Assembly: GCA_018241335.1 (NCBI GenBank)
Contig: JAFEEA010000001.1
Span: 746-64,745, forward strand
Direction: 5' to 3'
DNA: 64,000 bases
Source: Pseudomonadota bacterium
GTDB lineage: Bacteria > Pseudomonadota > Alphaproteobacteria > Caulobacterales > Caulobacteraceae
The notes beneath the pieces were generated by a model. It made no database searches and was not told the DNA's origin. It was given only the letters and a program-made list of their open reading frames with translations. Every line of letters begins with the position of its first letter. The stretch's first letter is position 1. Shown piece by piece: positions 1-9,460 of the stretch. Position numbers and translations under genes: made by a program.

Positions 1-2
1 CC

Positions 3-215
3 TGGGACCTGGCCGCGCCGCGCCTGGGCGCCTTCCTGGCCGAGCACGCGGACAGGGATCGCCAGGTCATCGCCGTGACGCACGCGGGCGCCGGCAAGGT
101 GATGCGCGGCGTGCACCTGGGGCTCGGCCTCGCCGATGTTCGCCACCTGGAGGTTCCCCAGGACGCCGTCTTCGCCCTGACGCCCGGCGCCATCGAACGG
201 TTCGACTGCGCCTGA
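3..215 (+). CDS. Histidine phosphatase (phosphoglycerate mutase-like) family protein, 3' end only
   Basis: Frame 3 is open from the window edge to TGA 213-215; C-terminal [15 protein letters not shown] resembles the xxvsHGg motif of this family. Partial. Confidence 0.55.
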   Translation, partial: WDLAAPRLGAFLAEHADRDRQVIAVTHAGAGKVMRGVHLGLGLADVRHLEVPQDAVFALTPGAIERFDCA

Positions 216-292
216 ACGCCGGCGCGATTTGCCGTTCGCCCGGCGCGGCGGTAGAAGCGCCGACCTTCTTTACGAGACTCCGCGCGAGACCC

Positions 293-1051
293 ATGGCCGG
301 CCACTCAAAGTTCAAGAACATCCAATTCCGCAAGGGCAAGCAGGACAAGGTCCGCTCCAAGCTGTTCTCCAAGCTGTCGCGGGACATCACCATCGCCGCC
401 AAGACCGGCCTGCCCGATCCGGCCGCCAACGCGCGCCTGCGCCTGGCCATCGCCAACGCCAAGGCCGAGTCCATGCCCAAGGACAACATCGACCGGGCGA
501 TCAAGAAGGCGGCCGGCGGCGAGGCCGACAACATGGAAGAGATCCGCTACGAGGGCTTCGGCCCCGGCGGCGTCGGCCTGATCATCGAGGTCCTGACCGA
601 CAATCGTAATCGCAGCGCCTCGAACGTGCGCGCGGCCTTCTCCAAGCATGGCGGCAACCTGGGCGAAACCGGCTCGGTGAGCTTCATGTGGGATCGCGTG
701 GGCAAGATCATCTATCCGGCCTCGGCCGGGTCGGAGGACAGCGTGATGGAGGCGGCCATCGAGGCCGGCGCCGACGACGTCGCCAGCGACCTCGGCGAAG
801 AGGGCGAAGGCCACGTGATCTACACCACCTTCGAGGACCTTTCGGCGGTCGCCGTGGCGCTGGAGGCCGTGCTGGGCCCAGCCAAGTCCACCAGCGTGAT
901 CTGGAAGCCCAAGACCGACACCCCGATCAGCGGCGACGCGGCGGCGACGCTGATGAAGCTGATCGACGCCCTGGATGACGACGACGACGTCCAGAACGTG
1001 TTCTCGAACGAGGACATCCCGGAGGACGAGCTGGCCAAGCTGGCCGGCTGA
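293..1051 (+). CDS. yebC: YebC/PmpR family DNA-binding regulator
   Basis: [10 protein letters not shown] start, [25 protein letters not shown]; usual position upstream of ruvC. Confidence 0.96.
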   Translation: MAGHSKFKNIQFRKGKQDKVRSKLFSKLSRDITIAAKTGLPDPAANARLRLAIANAKAESMPKDNIDRAIKKAAGGEADNMEEIRYEGFGPGGVGLIIEVLTDNRNRSASNVRAAFSKHGGNLGETGSVSFMWDRVGKIIYPASAGSEDSVMEAAIEAGADDVASDLGEEGEGHVIYTTFEDLSAVAVALEAVLGPAKSTSVIWKPKTDTPISGDAAATLMKLIDALDDDDDVQNVFSNEDIPEDELAKLAG

Positions 1052-1062
1052 TCAAGCCGACA

Positions 1063-1083
1063 CCGGCCGTCCGAGGCGGCCGG
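1063..1083 (+). terminator. GC hairpin downstream of yebC (possible terminator or pause site)
   Basis: CCGGCCGT-CCGAG-GCGGCCGG stem-loop 12 nt after the stop; no strong U-tract; followed by a GANTC site (1084-1088). Confidence 0.3.
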
Positions 1084-1149
1084 GATTCACCGCCTGTTAA
1101 CCCTCTGAATGGCGCCTTGGCCTAAAGGTCGCCGCGCGCGATGCTGGCG

Positions 1150-1164
1150 GAACACATGACGAAC
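1150..1164 (+). promoter_or_regulatory. LexA (SOS) box overlapping the ruvC start codon
   Basis: GAAC-ACATGAC-GAAC, an exact alphaproteobacterial GAAC-N7-GAAC box; ATG 1156 lies inside the spacer. Confidence 0.8.
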
Positions 1165-1773
1165 GCGATTCGGATACTGGGCCTGGACCCCGGGCTGCGG
1201 CGCACCGGCTGGGGCGTGGTGGCGCTGGAGGGCTCGCGCCTCAGCCACGTCGCCCACGGGGTGATCACGCCGGCCGACAAGGCGCCGCTGTCCGAACGCC
1301 TGCTGGCGGTGTTCCAGGCGGTGGCGGCGGTGATCGAAGAGCATGGGCCGCACGAGGCGGCGATCGAGGAAACCTTCATGACCGCCAACGGCCAGTCGAC
1401 GCTGAAGCTGGGTCACGCGCGCGCCGCGGCCATGCTGGCGCCGGCCCAGGCAGGGCTGGCGGTCGCCGAATACGCCGCCAAGGTGGTCAAGAAGGCCGTG
1501 GTCGGGACCGGCGGGGCGGAAAAGGACCAGGTAGCCTTCATGATCGCCCGCCTGCTGCCAACGGCCGGAAACCCCAGCGCCGACGCCGCCGACGCCCTGG
1601 CGGTCGCCATCGCCCACGCCCATGGCCGCCACCTGCTGCGCCAAGGTTATGGCGGCCAGGCCAACCATGCGCGATTGCAGGCGGCCGTCCTGGCGGCGGC
1701 CGAGGCGCCCCTGGCCCCCGCGGCGGCCAAGCTGGCCGAGGCGCGGCGGCTGGCGCGGAGCGGGGCGCGATGA
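1156..1773 (+). CDS. ruvC: Crossover junction endodeoxyribonuclease RuvC with ~45-aa C-terminal extension
   Basis: [26 protein letters not shown] catalytic motifs. Start 1156 preferred over 1141. Confidence 0.95.
   Translation: MTNAIRILGLDPGLRRTGWGVVALEGSRLSHVAHGVITPADKAPLSERLLAVFQAVAAVIEEHGPHEAAIEETFMTANGQSTLKLGHARAAAMLAPAQAGLAVAEYAAKVVKKAVVGTGGAEKDQVAFMIARLLPTAGNPSADAADALAVAIAHAHGRHLLRQGYGGQANHARLQAAVLAAAEAPLAPAAAKLAEARRLARSGAR
1632..1660 (+). repeat. Short bulged palindrome inside the ruvC 3' extension, translated as [10 protein letters not shown]
   Basis: CCTG-CTG-CGCCA-AGGTTA-TGGCG-GC-CAGG stem-loop read directly. REP-like identity is recalled, not searched. Confidence 0.45.
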
Positions 1774-2387
1774 TCGGGCGCCTGCGCGGCCTGGTCGCCG
1801 AGGTCGGCGAGGAAGAAGCCCTGATCGACGTGGGCGGGGTGGGCTATGTGGTCCGCTGTGGCGCGCGCACCCTTGGGCGGCTGCCGGCGCCGGGTGACGA
1901 GGCCCTGCTTCACGTCGAGACCCAGTGGGCCGAGGCCACGGGCATGCGGCTCTACGGCTTCCTGACCCGCGAGGAGCGACGCGCCTTCGTGATCCTTCAG
2001 GACATCCAGGGCGTCGGCCCCAAGGCGGCCCTGGGCGTGCTGGATGTGCTGAGCCCGCCGGAGCTGGCCGCCGCCGTGGCGCGCGAGGACAAGGCGGCCG
2101 TGGCGCGGGCCAACGGCGTCGGGCCCAAGCTGGCGCTGCGCATCGTCACCGAGCTGAAGGACAAGCCGATCGTCGACGGCGCCGTCGCCGCCTTCCACGC
2201 CGCCGCCCTGACGCCCGCCGGGCCGCCGCCGGTCTCCGCCGCCGGCGAGGCCGTCGCCGCCTTGATGGGCTTGGGCGTGGCCGAGGTCTCCGCCCGGCGG
2301 GTGGTCGACCAGGCCGCCCTGCGCCTCGGCGAAGATGCGCCCGAGGCGGCCCTTATCAAGGCCGCCCTGCAGGAGCTGGGACGTTGA
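1770..2387 (+). CDS. ruvA: Holliday junction branch migration protein RuvA
   Basis: MIGRLRG, DVGGVGY, LYGF, GVGPK HhH motifs; ATGA overlap with ruvC. Confidence 0.96.
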   Translation: MIGRLRGLVAEVGEEEALIDVGGVGYVVRCGARTLGRLPAPGDEALLHVETQWAEATGMRLYGFLTREERRAFVILQDIQGVGPKAALGVLDVLSPPELAAAVAREDKAAVARANGVGPKLALRIVTELKDKPIVDGAVAAFHAAALTPAGPPPVSAAGEAVAALMGLGVAEVSARRVVDQAALRLGEDAPEAALIKAALQELGR

Positions 2388-3430
2388 GCCGCCTGGTCTC
2401 CGGCGAGGCCGGCGCCTTCGAGCCCGCCGACCGGGCCCTGCGCCCCCAGACCCTGGCCGAGTTCGTCGGCCAGGAACAGGCCAAGGCCAACCTCAAGGTG
2501 TTCATCGACGCCGCCCGGAACCGGGGCGAGGCGCTGGACCACGTGCTGCTGTTCGGCCCGCCGGGGCTGGGCAAGACCACCCTGGCCCAGATCGTCGCGC
2601 GCGAGCTGGGGGTGAACTTCCGCGCCACCTCCGGCCCGGTGCTGGCCAAGGCCGGCGACCTGGCGGCGATCCTCACCAACCTGGAAGCCAACGACGTCCT
2701 CTTCATCGACGAGATCCACCGCCTGGCCGCCAATGTGGAGGAGATCCTCTATCCGGCCATGGAAGACCACGCCCTGGACCTGGTGATCGGGGAGGGGCCG
2801 TCGGCGCGCACCGTGCGCATCGACCTGGCGCCCTTCACCCTGGTGGCGGCCACGACCCGGGCGGGCCTGCTGGCGACGCCCCTGCGCGACCGCTTCGGCA
2901 TCCCGATCCGCCTGGAGTTCTATTCCCCGGACGAACTGCAACGGGTGCTGACCGGGGCGGCGCGCAAGATGGGCGCGAACCTCTCGGATGAGGGGGCCAT
3001 GGAGATCGCCCGCCGGGCGCGGGGCACGCCGCGCGTGGCCGGGCGCCTGCTACGCCGGGTGCGCGACTTCGCCGACGCCGAGGGCGCCAAGGTGATCGAC
3101 CAGGCCTGCGCCGCCCGGGGCCTGGCCCGCCTGGAGGTGGACGCCTCGGGGCTCGACAGCCTCGACCGCCGCTACCTAACCGCCCTGATCCAGAACTACG
3201 CCGGCGGCCCGGCCGGGGTGGAGACCCTGGCCTACGCCATCGCCGAGGCCCGCGACGCCGTCGAGGACGTCATCGAGCCCTTCCTGATGCAGCAGGGCTT
3301 CATCCAGCGCACGCCGCGCGGACGCCTGGCCTGCGCCAAGGCCTATGAGCACCTGGGCCTGGGCGCCCCGCCGGAGGTGGCGATCACGCCGCCCAAGGGA
3401 CAAGCCAGCCTCTTCGATGAGGAGGGGTGA
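2384..3430 (+). CDS. ruvB: Holliday junction branch migration helicase RuvB
   Basis: [12 protein letters not shown], Walker [30 protein letters not shown] start at 2384 overlaps the ruvA stop; the track start at 1925 is a spurious extension. Confidence 0.96.
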   Translation: MSRLVSGEAGAFEPADRALRPQTLAEFVGQEQAKANLKVFIDAARNRGEALDHVLLFGPPGLGKTTLAQIVARELGVNFRATSGPVLAKAGDLAAILTNLEANDVLFIDEIHRLAANVEEILYPAMEDHALDLVIGEGPSARTVRIDLAPFTLVAATTRAGLLATPLRDRFGIPIRLEFYSPDELQRVLTGAARKMGANLSDEGAMEIARRARGTPRVAGRLLRRVRDFADAEGAKVIDQACAARGLARLEVDASGLDSLDRRYLTALIQNYAGGPAGVETLAYAIAEARDAVEDVIEPFLMQQGFIQRTPRGRLACAKAYEHLGLGAPPEVAITPPKGQASLFDEEG

Positions 3431-3990
3431 TGGCGGCAATCGCGTTCTCTCACTACCTGCGTCCCCGGCACGAAGGGCGGGTGTGTACGGAGCTCGGCCT
3501 GTCCCAGACGGTGGCCCTGCTCGACAAGGGCCTGCCGCCTGGCAAGGGAATGTACGAGCAGAGAGGTGTCTGGGCGAGCCGCGTCGGCCCCGGTGACCGC
3601 TTTCAACTTGAGGCGATCTACGCATCATTGCAGCAGCTGCCGCCCGGTTTCACCACCGCAGACGTACTTGCGGACGGGGCGGGGACTGAGATCGACTGCG
3701 TTTCCAGTTTCAGGAAATACAACTGGATCGGCCCGGCCATCTGGGTTGTTGGCGTGATGGGTCTTTGCATCGCCATAGAAGTCGAAGAAGGATTCACCGA
3801 CTGGCGACTCGTCCTGCTCCTGGGAGCCGGGTTCGCGGCGGGTGTGCTTGCATGGCGCGGCTATGAACGCTTCCGCCTCGCGCGGGACCATGACTACGTC
3901 CTCCTGTACCTGGCCTTGGCCGTCCAGGGGCATCGTGCGAACCCCGCTCCGCGGCGAGCGCCCGCGACCGTCGGGGAGAGCGCCGCATGA
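3427..3990 (+). CDS. Hypothetical membrane protein (2 predicted TM segments), lower GC
   Basis: Exactly fills the ruvB-ybgC gap with 4-nt overlaps at both ends; hydrophobic [18 protein letters not shown] and [18 protein letters not shown]; 57% GC over 3661-3780 by hand count. Confidence 0.6.
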   Translation: MMAAIAFSHYLRPRHEGRVCTELGLSQTVALLDKGLPPGKGMYEQRGVWASRVGPGDRFQLEAIYASLQQLPPGFTTADVLADGAGTEIDCVSSFRKYNWIGPAIWVVGVMGLCIAIEVEEGFTDWRLVLLLGAGFAAGVLAWRGYERFRLARDHDYVLLYLALAVQGHRANPAPRRAPATVGESAA

Positions 3991-4445
3991 GCGACGCTGC
4001 CCCCACCGCCGGCGTCTTCCAGGGCCGCGAGCACCTGCTGCCGGTGCGCATCTACTACGAGGACACCGACTTCACCGGCCTCGTCTACCACGCCAACTAC
4101 CTGCGCTATTTCGAGCGGGGGCGCAGCGACTACCTGCGGCTGGCGGGGGTGGATCATACGGCGCTGCTGGAGCGGCCCGATCCCTGCGCCTTCGTGGTCA
4201 CGCGCGTCGGCCTGGACTTCCGCAAGGCGGCGCGGGTGGACGACGCGCTGATCGTGCGCACCACCTATGACGACATCCGCGGCGTGCGCCTGATCATCCG
4301 CCAGCGCATCGAGCGCGGCGAGGACCTGATCGCCGAGGCGGAGGTCACCGCCGCCTGCATCACCCCCGACGGGCGTCCGCGACGGCCGCCCGCCGATCTC
4401 GTGGAAAAGTTGCGCCCCAGGCTGGCGGTCTCGTCAGCGCCATAG
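3987..4445 (+). CDS. ybgC: Tol-Pal associated acyl-CoA thioesterase YbgC
   Basis: VRIYYEDTDFTGLVYHANYLRYFERGR; directly upstream of tolQ. Confidence 0.93.
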   Translation: MSDAAPTAGVFQGREHLLPVRIYYEDTDFTGLVYHANYLRYFERGRSDYLRLAGVDHTALLERPDPCAFVVTRVGLDFRKAARVDDALIVRTTYDDIRGVRLIIRQRIERGEDLIAEAEVTAACITPDGRPRRPPADLVEKLRPRLAVSSAP

Positions 4446-4479
4446 TTTCACCATTCCCCTTCCTCTAAGACGCATCGCC

Positions 4480-5196
4480 ATGGACCCTGCCGGTACGATC
4501 ACCCCCGACCACTTCACCCCGCTCTACGTCGTCACCCACGCAAACATCGTCGTGCAGTTCGTGCTGGCGGGCCTGGCGATCGCCTCGGTGTGGTCCTGGA
4601 CGGTGATCATCGAGAAGGCGGTGCGCTTCACCTCCCTGAACCGCTACGCCAACCGCTTCGAGGACGAGGTGGGCTCGGGCCGCTCGCTGGAGGACATCGC
4701 CGCGGCGGCCGGCGAGAGCCCCAGGCACGCCTTGCCGCGCATGCTGCAGGCGGCCCTGCGCGAATGGCGCGACGCCCGCGCCAAGGGGCTGCTGACCTCC
4801 GGCGGGGCCGAGGCCCAGACCGCCTTCCTGATCCAGCGCATCGACCGGGTGCTGGACAGCGTCATCGCCCGTGAGGCCCAGCGGGTGGAGAACGGCCTCA
4901 GCCTGCTGGCCATCGTCGCCACCGCCTCCCCCTTCATCGGCCTCTTCGGCACGGTGTGGGGGATCATGAGCGCCTTCCAGAAGATCGCGGCCGAGAAGAA
5001 CACCAACCTGACGGTGGTCGCCCCCGGCATCGCCGAGGCCCTGTTCGCCACGGCCATCGGCCTGGCCGCCGCCATCCCGGCCTATATCGCCTACAACAAG
5101 TTTTCGGGCGACGCGGCCAAGTACGCCGCCCGCCTGGAAGGGTTCGCCGACGACCTGGTGACCGCCATCCAGCGGCGCCTGGCGGAACGGACCTGA
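4480..5196 (+). CDS. tolQ: Tol-Pal protein TolQ
   Basis: SPFIGLFGTVWGIM and APGIAEALFATAIGL TM motifs. Confidence 0.95.
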   Translation: MDPAGTITPDHFTPLYVVTHANIVVQFVLAGLAIASVWSWTVIIEKAVRFTSLNRYANRFEDEVGSGRSLEDIAAAAGESPRHALPRMLQAALREWRDARAKGLLTSGGAEAQTAFLIQRIDRVLDSVIAREAQRVENGLSLLAIVATASPFIGLFGTVWGIMSAFQKIAAEKNTNLTVVAPGIAEALFATAIGLAAAIPAYIAYNKFSGDAAKYAARLEGFADDLVTAIQRRLAERT

Positions 5197-5200
5197 CGCC

Positions 5201-5728
5201 GTGGCCCTCTCGGTCAACGACGCCCTGGGCGGGGGCCGCCGGCGCGGCCGGGCCCGGCGCGCCCGGCGCGCCGCGCTGAGCGAGATCAACGTCACGCCCC
5301 TGGTGGACGTGATGCTGGTGCTGCTGATCATCTTCATGATCTCGGCCCCCCTGCTGACGGTCGGCGTGCCGCTGGAGCTGCCCAAGACCGAGGCGGGCGC
5401 CATGCAGGACCAGACCGAGCCGCTGACCGTATCGGTCAAGGCCGACGGCTCGATCTTCCTCAACGATCACCCGGTGCCGTTCGACAGCTTCTCGCCGACC
5501 CTGCGCGACATGGCGGGGCAGGGCTTCACCCGGCCGATCTATGTGCGGGCCGACGGTCGGGCGCCCTATGCGGTGGTGGCCCAGGTGATGGCCAGCCTGT
5601 CGTCCTCCGGCTTTTCCTCGATCAACCTGATCACCGACACCGGCGGGCCGTCCTCCGGCGCGCCGCAGGGCGGGTCGGTCAAGCCGGTCGGCGCCCAGGG
5701 CCCGCAAGAGGGAGGCGCCGCCCCTTGA
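5201..5728 (+). CDS. tolR: Tol-Pal protein TolR
   Basis: EINVTPLVDVMLVLLIIFM, LPK, VRADG; GTG start. Confidence 0.93.
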   Translation: MALSVNDALGGGRRRGRARRARRAALSEINVTPLVDVMLVLLIIFMISAPLLTVGVPLELPKTEAGAMQDQTEPLTVSVKADGSIFLNDHPVPFDSFSPTLRDMAGQGFTRPIYVRADGRAPYAVVAQVMASLSSSGFSSINLITDTGGPSSGAPQGGSVKPVGAQGPQEGGAAP

Positions 5729-6555
5729 ACCCGGCCTGGTCGCCTCAGGGCCGCGACGACGGCTGGCTGCCCGCCCTGGCGGCGGCGGCGGTGCTGCACG
5801 TCCTGGTCTTCACCCTGGTGGTGATGTTCGGCCTGCCCAAGCTCAAGCCCGGCGGCACGGCGGTGCCGATCAACATCGTCGCCAACGCGCCGACCACCGA
5901 CAGCCGCGCCGCCGAACAGGCGCCCCAGGTCCAGTCCGCCACCACCGAAGAGCCGGCGCCCGAGCCCGAACCCGCGCCGGCGCCCGCCAAGTCGGTCCCT
6001 ACGCCCGCGCCGCCCAAGCCCGCGCCGAAGCCGGTTCCCACTCCAGCCCCCGCCAAGACCGCGCCGCTGAAGGCCCAGCCGGCGCCGACACCCGCCCCGG
6101 CCAAGCCCTCCAAGCCGGCGCCGCCCCAGCCGACCTTCGACCTCAACAGGCTGGACGCCAGCCTGCAGGGCGCCATCGCCAAGGCTCGCGCCGGCAGGCC
6201 GGCCTCGGCGCCACGTGGGCCGACCCGCTCCGAGACCGCGCTGCAGGCCCGTCCGTCAGCGGGAACAGGCGTTTCCACCAGCGACGTCGAAGGCCTGGGG
6301 CAGCTCCTGAACCGGCTGTGGAATCCCAACTGCGCGGCTGACCCGGTGGATGTGGACCTGGCCATCGACGTCGACATGAACGGCCGCATCCGCGTCGACG
6401 CCCACGGCCGCGACCAGTCGTCGGACCCGGCCGTCGCCGCCTCCTACATCCGGGCGATTTCCGCTGTTCACAAGGTCGAGCCCTACGATCCGAAGTTCCG
6501 GGGGCAGCACATCCCGATTAGATTCATCGCGTCCAAGGCCTGCGCCAACCGTTAG
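5725..6555 (+). CDS. tolA: TolA-like envelope protein
   Basis: N-terminal anchor with SxxxH-like AAAAVLH, Pro/Ala/Lys-rich linker and small C-terminal domain; lies between tolR and tolB. Confidence 0.8.
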   Translation: MNPAWSPQGRDDGWLPALAAAAVLHVLVFTLVVMFGLPKLKPGGTAVPINIVANAPTTDSRAAEQAPQVQSATTEEPAPEPEPAPAPAKSVPTPAPPKPAPKPVPTPAPAKTAPLKAQPAPTPAPAKPSKPAPPQPTFDLNRLDASLQGAIAKARAGRPASAPRGPTRSETALQARPSAGTGVSTSDVEGLGQLLNRLWNPNCAADPVDVDLAIDVDMNGRIRVDAHGRDQSSDPAVAASYIRAISAVHKVEPYDPKFRGQHIPIRFIASKACANR

Positions 6556-6558
6556 GAG

Positions 6559-7872
6559 ATGAGGGTGTTTCGCACCAAGAACCTGTTTTCGGTCCTGCTG
6601 GCGGCCCTCGCCACGCTGCTCGCCGCCGCGCCGATCGCGGCGCGGGCCGATATCGTGGTCAATGTCGACCAGGGCGTGACCCAGCCCCTGCCTATCGCCA
6701 TCCCGGCCTTCGGCGGATCGTCCGTCGGCGGACAGGTGTCGCAGGTGGTGACCGCCGACCTGCAGCGCTCGGGCCTGTTCCGGCCGCTGGACCCCAACAC
6801 CTTCGTGCAGAAGCGCATCGACGTGAACCTGCAGCCGCAGTTCGACCAGTGGAAGCAGATCAGCGCCCAGGCCCTGGTCACCGGCCAGGTGACCAACGAC
6901 GGCGACGGCCGCCTGCGCGTCGACTTCCGCCTGTGGGACGTCTACGCCGGCGAACAACTGCTGGGCTTGCAGTTCACCACCACCCCGGAGAACTGGCGGC
7001 GCCTGGCGCACAAGATCGCCGACGCCGTCTATGAGAAGCTGACAGGCGAAAAGGGCTACTTCGACACCCGCGTGGTGTTCGTCGCCGAGAGCGGAACCAA
7101 GGCCAAGCGCATCCGCCGTCTGGCGATCATGGATCAGGACGGGGCCAATCCGAGTTACCTCACCGATGGCTCCTACATGGTGTTCACCCCGCGGTTCTCC
7201 TCCAACAGCCAGGAGATCACCTTCATGGCCCTGCGACCAACCGGGGCCAGCATCTATCTGCTCAACATCGAGACCGGCCGCCAGGAGGCGCTGGGCCACT
7301 ATCCGGGCATGGTGTTCGCGCCGCGCTTCTCGCCGGACGGGCGCAAGGTCGCCTTCTCGGTGGAGAAGGCCGGCAACAGCGACATCTATGTGATGGACCT
7401 CGGCAGCCACGCCACCAGCCGGGTCACCACCGACCCGGCCATCGACACCTCGCCGTCGTTTTCGCCGGACGGCTCGCAGATGGTGTTCAACTCCGACCGT
7501 AGCGGCTCGCCGCAGATCTATGTGATGAACGCCGACGGTTCGGGCGCGCATCGCATCTCCGGCGGCGGCGGGCGCTACACCGCGCCGGTGTGGAGCCCGG
7601 ACGGCAAGCTGATCGCCTTCACCAAGCAGGAGGGCGGCCAGTTCCACATCGGAGTCATGAACGCCGACGGCTCGGGCGAGCGCATCCTGACCTCCAGCTA
7701 CCTGGACGAGGGCCCGACCTGGGCGCCCAACAGCCGGGTGATCATGTTCTTCCGCGACAGCGCCGGCGGCGGCCCGCGGCTGTGGACCGTGGATGTCACC
7801 GGCCGGGTGACGGCCCAGGCGCCCTATCCCTTGTCGGCGTCCGATCCGGCCTGGTCGCCGCTGCTCAATTGA
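6559..7872 (+). CDS. tolB: Tol-Pal beta-propeller protein TolB
   Basis: Signal peptide, [22 protein letters not shown], repeated PxFSPDG/PxWSPDG blades. Confidence 0.96.
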   Translation: MRVFRTKNLFSVLLAALATLLAAAPIAARADIVVNVDQGVTQPLPIAIPAFGGSSVGGQVSQVVTADLQRSGLFRPLDPNTFVQKRIDVNLQPQFDQWKQISAQALVTGQVTNDGDGRLRVDFRLWDVYAGEQLLGLQFTTTPENWRRLAHKIADAVYEKLTGEKGYFDTRVVFVAESGTKAKRIRRLAIMDQDGANPSYLTDGSYMVFTPRFSSNSQEITFMALRPTGASIYLLNIETGRQEALGHYPGMVFAPRFSPDGRKVAFSVEKAGNSDIYVMDLGSHATSRVTTDPAIDTSPSFSPDGSQMVFNSDRSGSPQIYVMNADGSGAHRISGGGGRYTAPVWSPDGKLIAFTKQEGGQFHIGVMNADGSGERILTSSYLDEGPTWAPNSRVIMFFRDSAGGGPRLWTVDVTGRVTAQAPYPLSASDPAWSPLLN

Positions 7873-8003
7873 CGGACGATGCAGGTAATGGCGCCACGCC
7901 CCGACCACATTCGCAAGTTCCGGTGCGGTTTGCCGTGGCGGAATGGCCCCACCTGGTTTCAATATAGGCGCTGAGTGAACTGCGCTGTTTGAGGAGTACG
8001 GCT

Positions 8004-8561
8004 ATGACTCACCCCTTCGGTCCCGCGACTAGACTAGCGCTTGTGGTCCTGGCCGCGGCCTCGCTGGCGGCCTGTGCCTCGACCAAGCCAGCCGGTCCGG
8101 TCGCCCCGCGGGGCCCGGCCGAGCCGGAGGCCCCCTACCGGCCGCCGTCACAGCCCGGCCCCGTGACCCAGGAACAGGCCCCCGGCGTCACGCCCGGCTC
8201 GGTCCAGGATTTTGTGATCAACGCCGGCGAGCTCGTCTATTTCGATCTCGACAGCTACACCCTGCGCGCGGACGCCAAGCCGGTGCTTGACGCCCAGGCC
8301 AACTGGCTGCGCCGCTGGAGCGCGGTGCGCGTGCGCATCGAGGGCAACTGCGACGAACGCGGCACGCGCGAATACAACTTCGCGCTGGGCGCGAGGCGCT
8401 CGAACGCGGTCAAGGAATATCTGGTCAGCCGCGGAATCCCCGCCAGCCGCATCGACACCATCTCCTACGGCAAGGAGCGGCCTCTCGATCCAGGCTCAAA
8501 CGAGGAAGCCTGGGCGCGCAATCGCAACGCCCGCACGGCCATCACCGAAGGCGCGCGCTAG
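8004..8561 (+). CDS. pal: Peptidoglycan-associated lipoprotein Pal
   Basis: Lipobox LAAC, IEGNCDERGTREYNFALGARR, SYGKERP; GAGGAG RBS before ATG 8004. Confidence 0.95.
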   Translation: MTHPFGPATRLALVVLAAASLAACASTKPAGPVAPRGPAEPEAPYRPPSQPGPVTQEQAPGVTPGSVQDFVINAGELVYFDLDSYTLRADAKPVLDAQANWLRRWSAVRVRIEGNCDERGTREYNFALGARRSNAVKEYLVSRGIPASRIDTISYGKERPLDPGSNEEAWARNRNARTAITEGAR

Positions 8562-8566
8562 GTCCC

Positions 8567-9460
8567 ATGGCCCGCCGCCAGCTTACCCTGTTCCTGGCCG
8601 CCAGCGCCGTCGCGCTCGGCATTGGCGGCCACGCGTTCGCCCAGACCTCGCTGGACGATCCGCTGGACGACCATTCCGCCAAGCGACTCGACCGCATGGA
8701 GAAGGTGCTGCGCGAGCTTCGGGCGATCGTTTTCCAAGGCCGCGAAACCGGCCAGCCGATCGTCGTCCAGCCCGCCGACACCCAAAGCCAGATCGCCTCG
8801 CTAAGCGACCGCGTGAACGACCTGGATCAGACGCTGCAGCGCTTGAACGGCCAGCTCGACGCCGCCACCCACAGCCTGGAAGAGTCCCGCCGAACCGCGG
8901 CGGCCCTTCGGACCGAAAACGCGGCGCTGAAGGCTCGGGTGGACCAGCTGGAGCAGAAGGTCACTACCCTGGCCAGCCCGCCGCCGCCCCCGCCTGGCGC
9001 GGACGCCGGTCCTGGCCCCGGCGGACCGGCGACCTTGAACGACGACCGCGGCTCGCCGCCGGCCACCCTGTCCGAGGATCCAGCCCAGGCCTTCCAGGCG
9101 GCCAAGCGCTCGCTTTTCGACGGCCGCTACGATCAGGCCGAGGCCCAATTCAGCGACTACGTCGGCAAGTACGGCGACACGCCGCGCGGGCCGGAAGCGC
9201 GCTACTACTACGCCAAGACCCTGTTGGCCCGGAAAGCCTATGCCGACGCCGCCACGGCCGACATCGCCGCCATCCGCGGTTGGCCGCAGACGGCCTGGGC
9301 GCCCGACGCGGTGTTCGACCTGTCGCGCGCGCTGATCGGGCTGAAGCGCAACGCCGACGCCTGCGGGATTCTGCAGCAGCTGACCATCCACTACCCCAAG
9401 GCCAACGCCGAGCTGAAGGTCCGGGCGGCGGCGGCGCGCACCCAGGCGCAGTGCTCCTAA
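8567..9460 (+). CDS. cpoB: Cell division coordinator CpoB (YbgF)
   Basis: Signal peptide, coiled coil and C-terminal TPR; directly after pal. Confidence 0.88.
   Translation: MARRQLTLFLAASAVALGIGGHAFAQTSLDDPLDDHSAKRLDRMEKVLRELRAIVFQGRETGQPIVVQPADTQSQIASLSDRVNDLDQTLQRLNGQLDAATHSLEESRRTAAALRTENAALKARVDQLEQKVTTLASPPPPPPGADAGPGPGGPATLNDDRGSPPATLSEDPAQAFQAAKRSLFDGRYDQAEAQFSDYVGKYGDTPRGPEARYYYAKTLLARKAYADAATADIAAIRGWPQTAWAPDAVFDLSRALIGLKRNADACGILQQLTIHYPKANAELKVRAAAARTQAQCS

Noticed and set aside
1925-2383. N-terminal extension of RuvB in the track
   Set aside because: Overlaps ruvA out of frame; TTG 2384 gives a normal RuvB.
5950-6135. Pro/Ala/Lys tandem-like repeats
   Set aside because: Ordinary TolA linker.
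7917-7931. GTTC-N7-GTTT upstream of pal; also GAAC-N7-GAAG at 40077-40091 and GTTC-N7-GGTC at 48970-48984
   Set aside because: One-mismatch matches are frequent by chance; 40077 lies in a hairpin between convergent genes.
8287-9450. 819-aa track ORF suggesting a large TilS fusion
   Set aside because: The N-terminal part is an off-frame reading of pal and cpoB; TilS motifs begin only after 9451.
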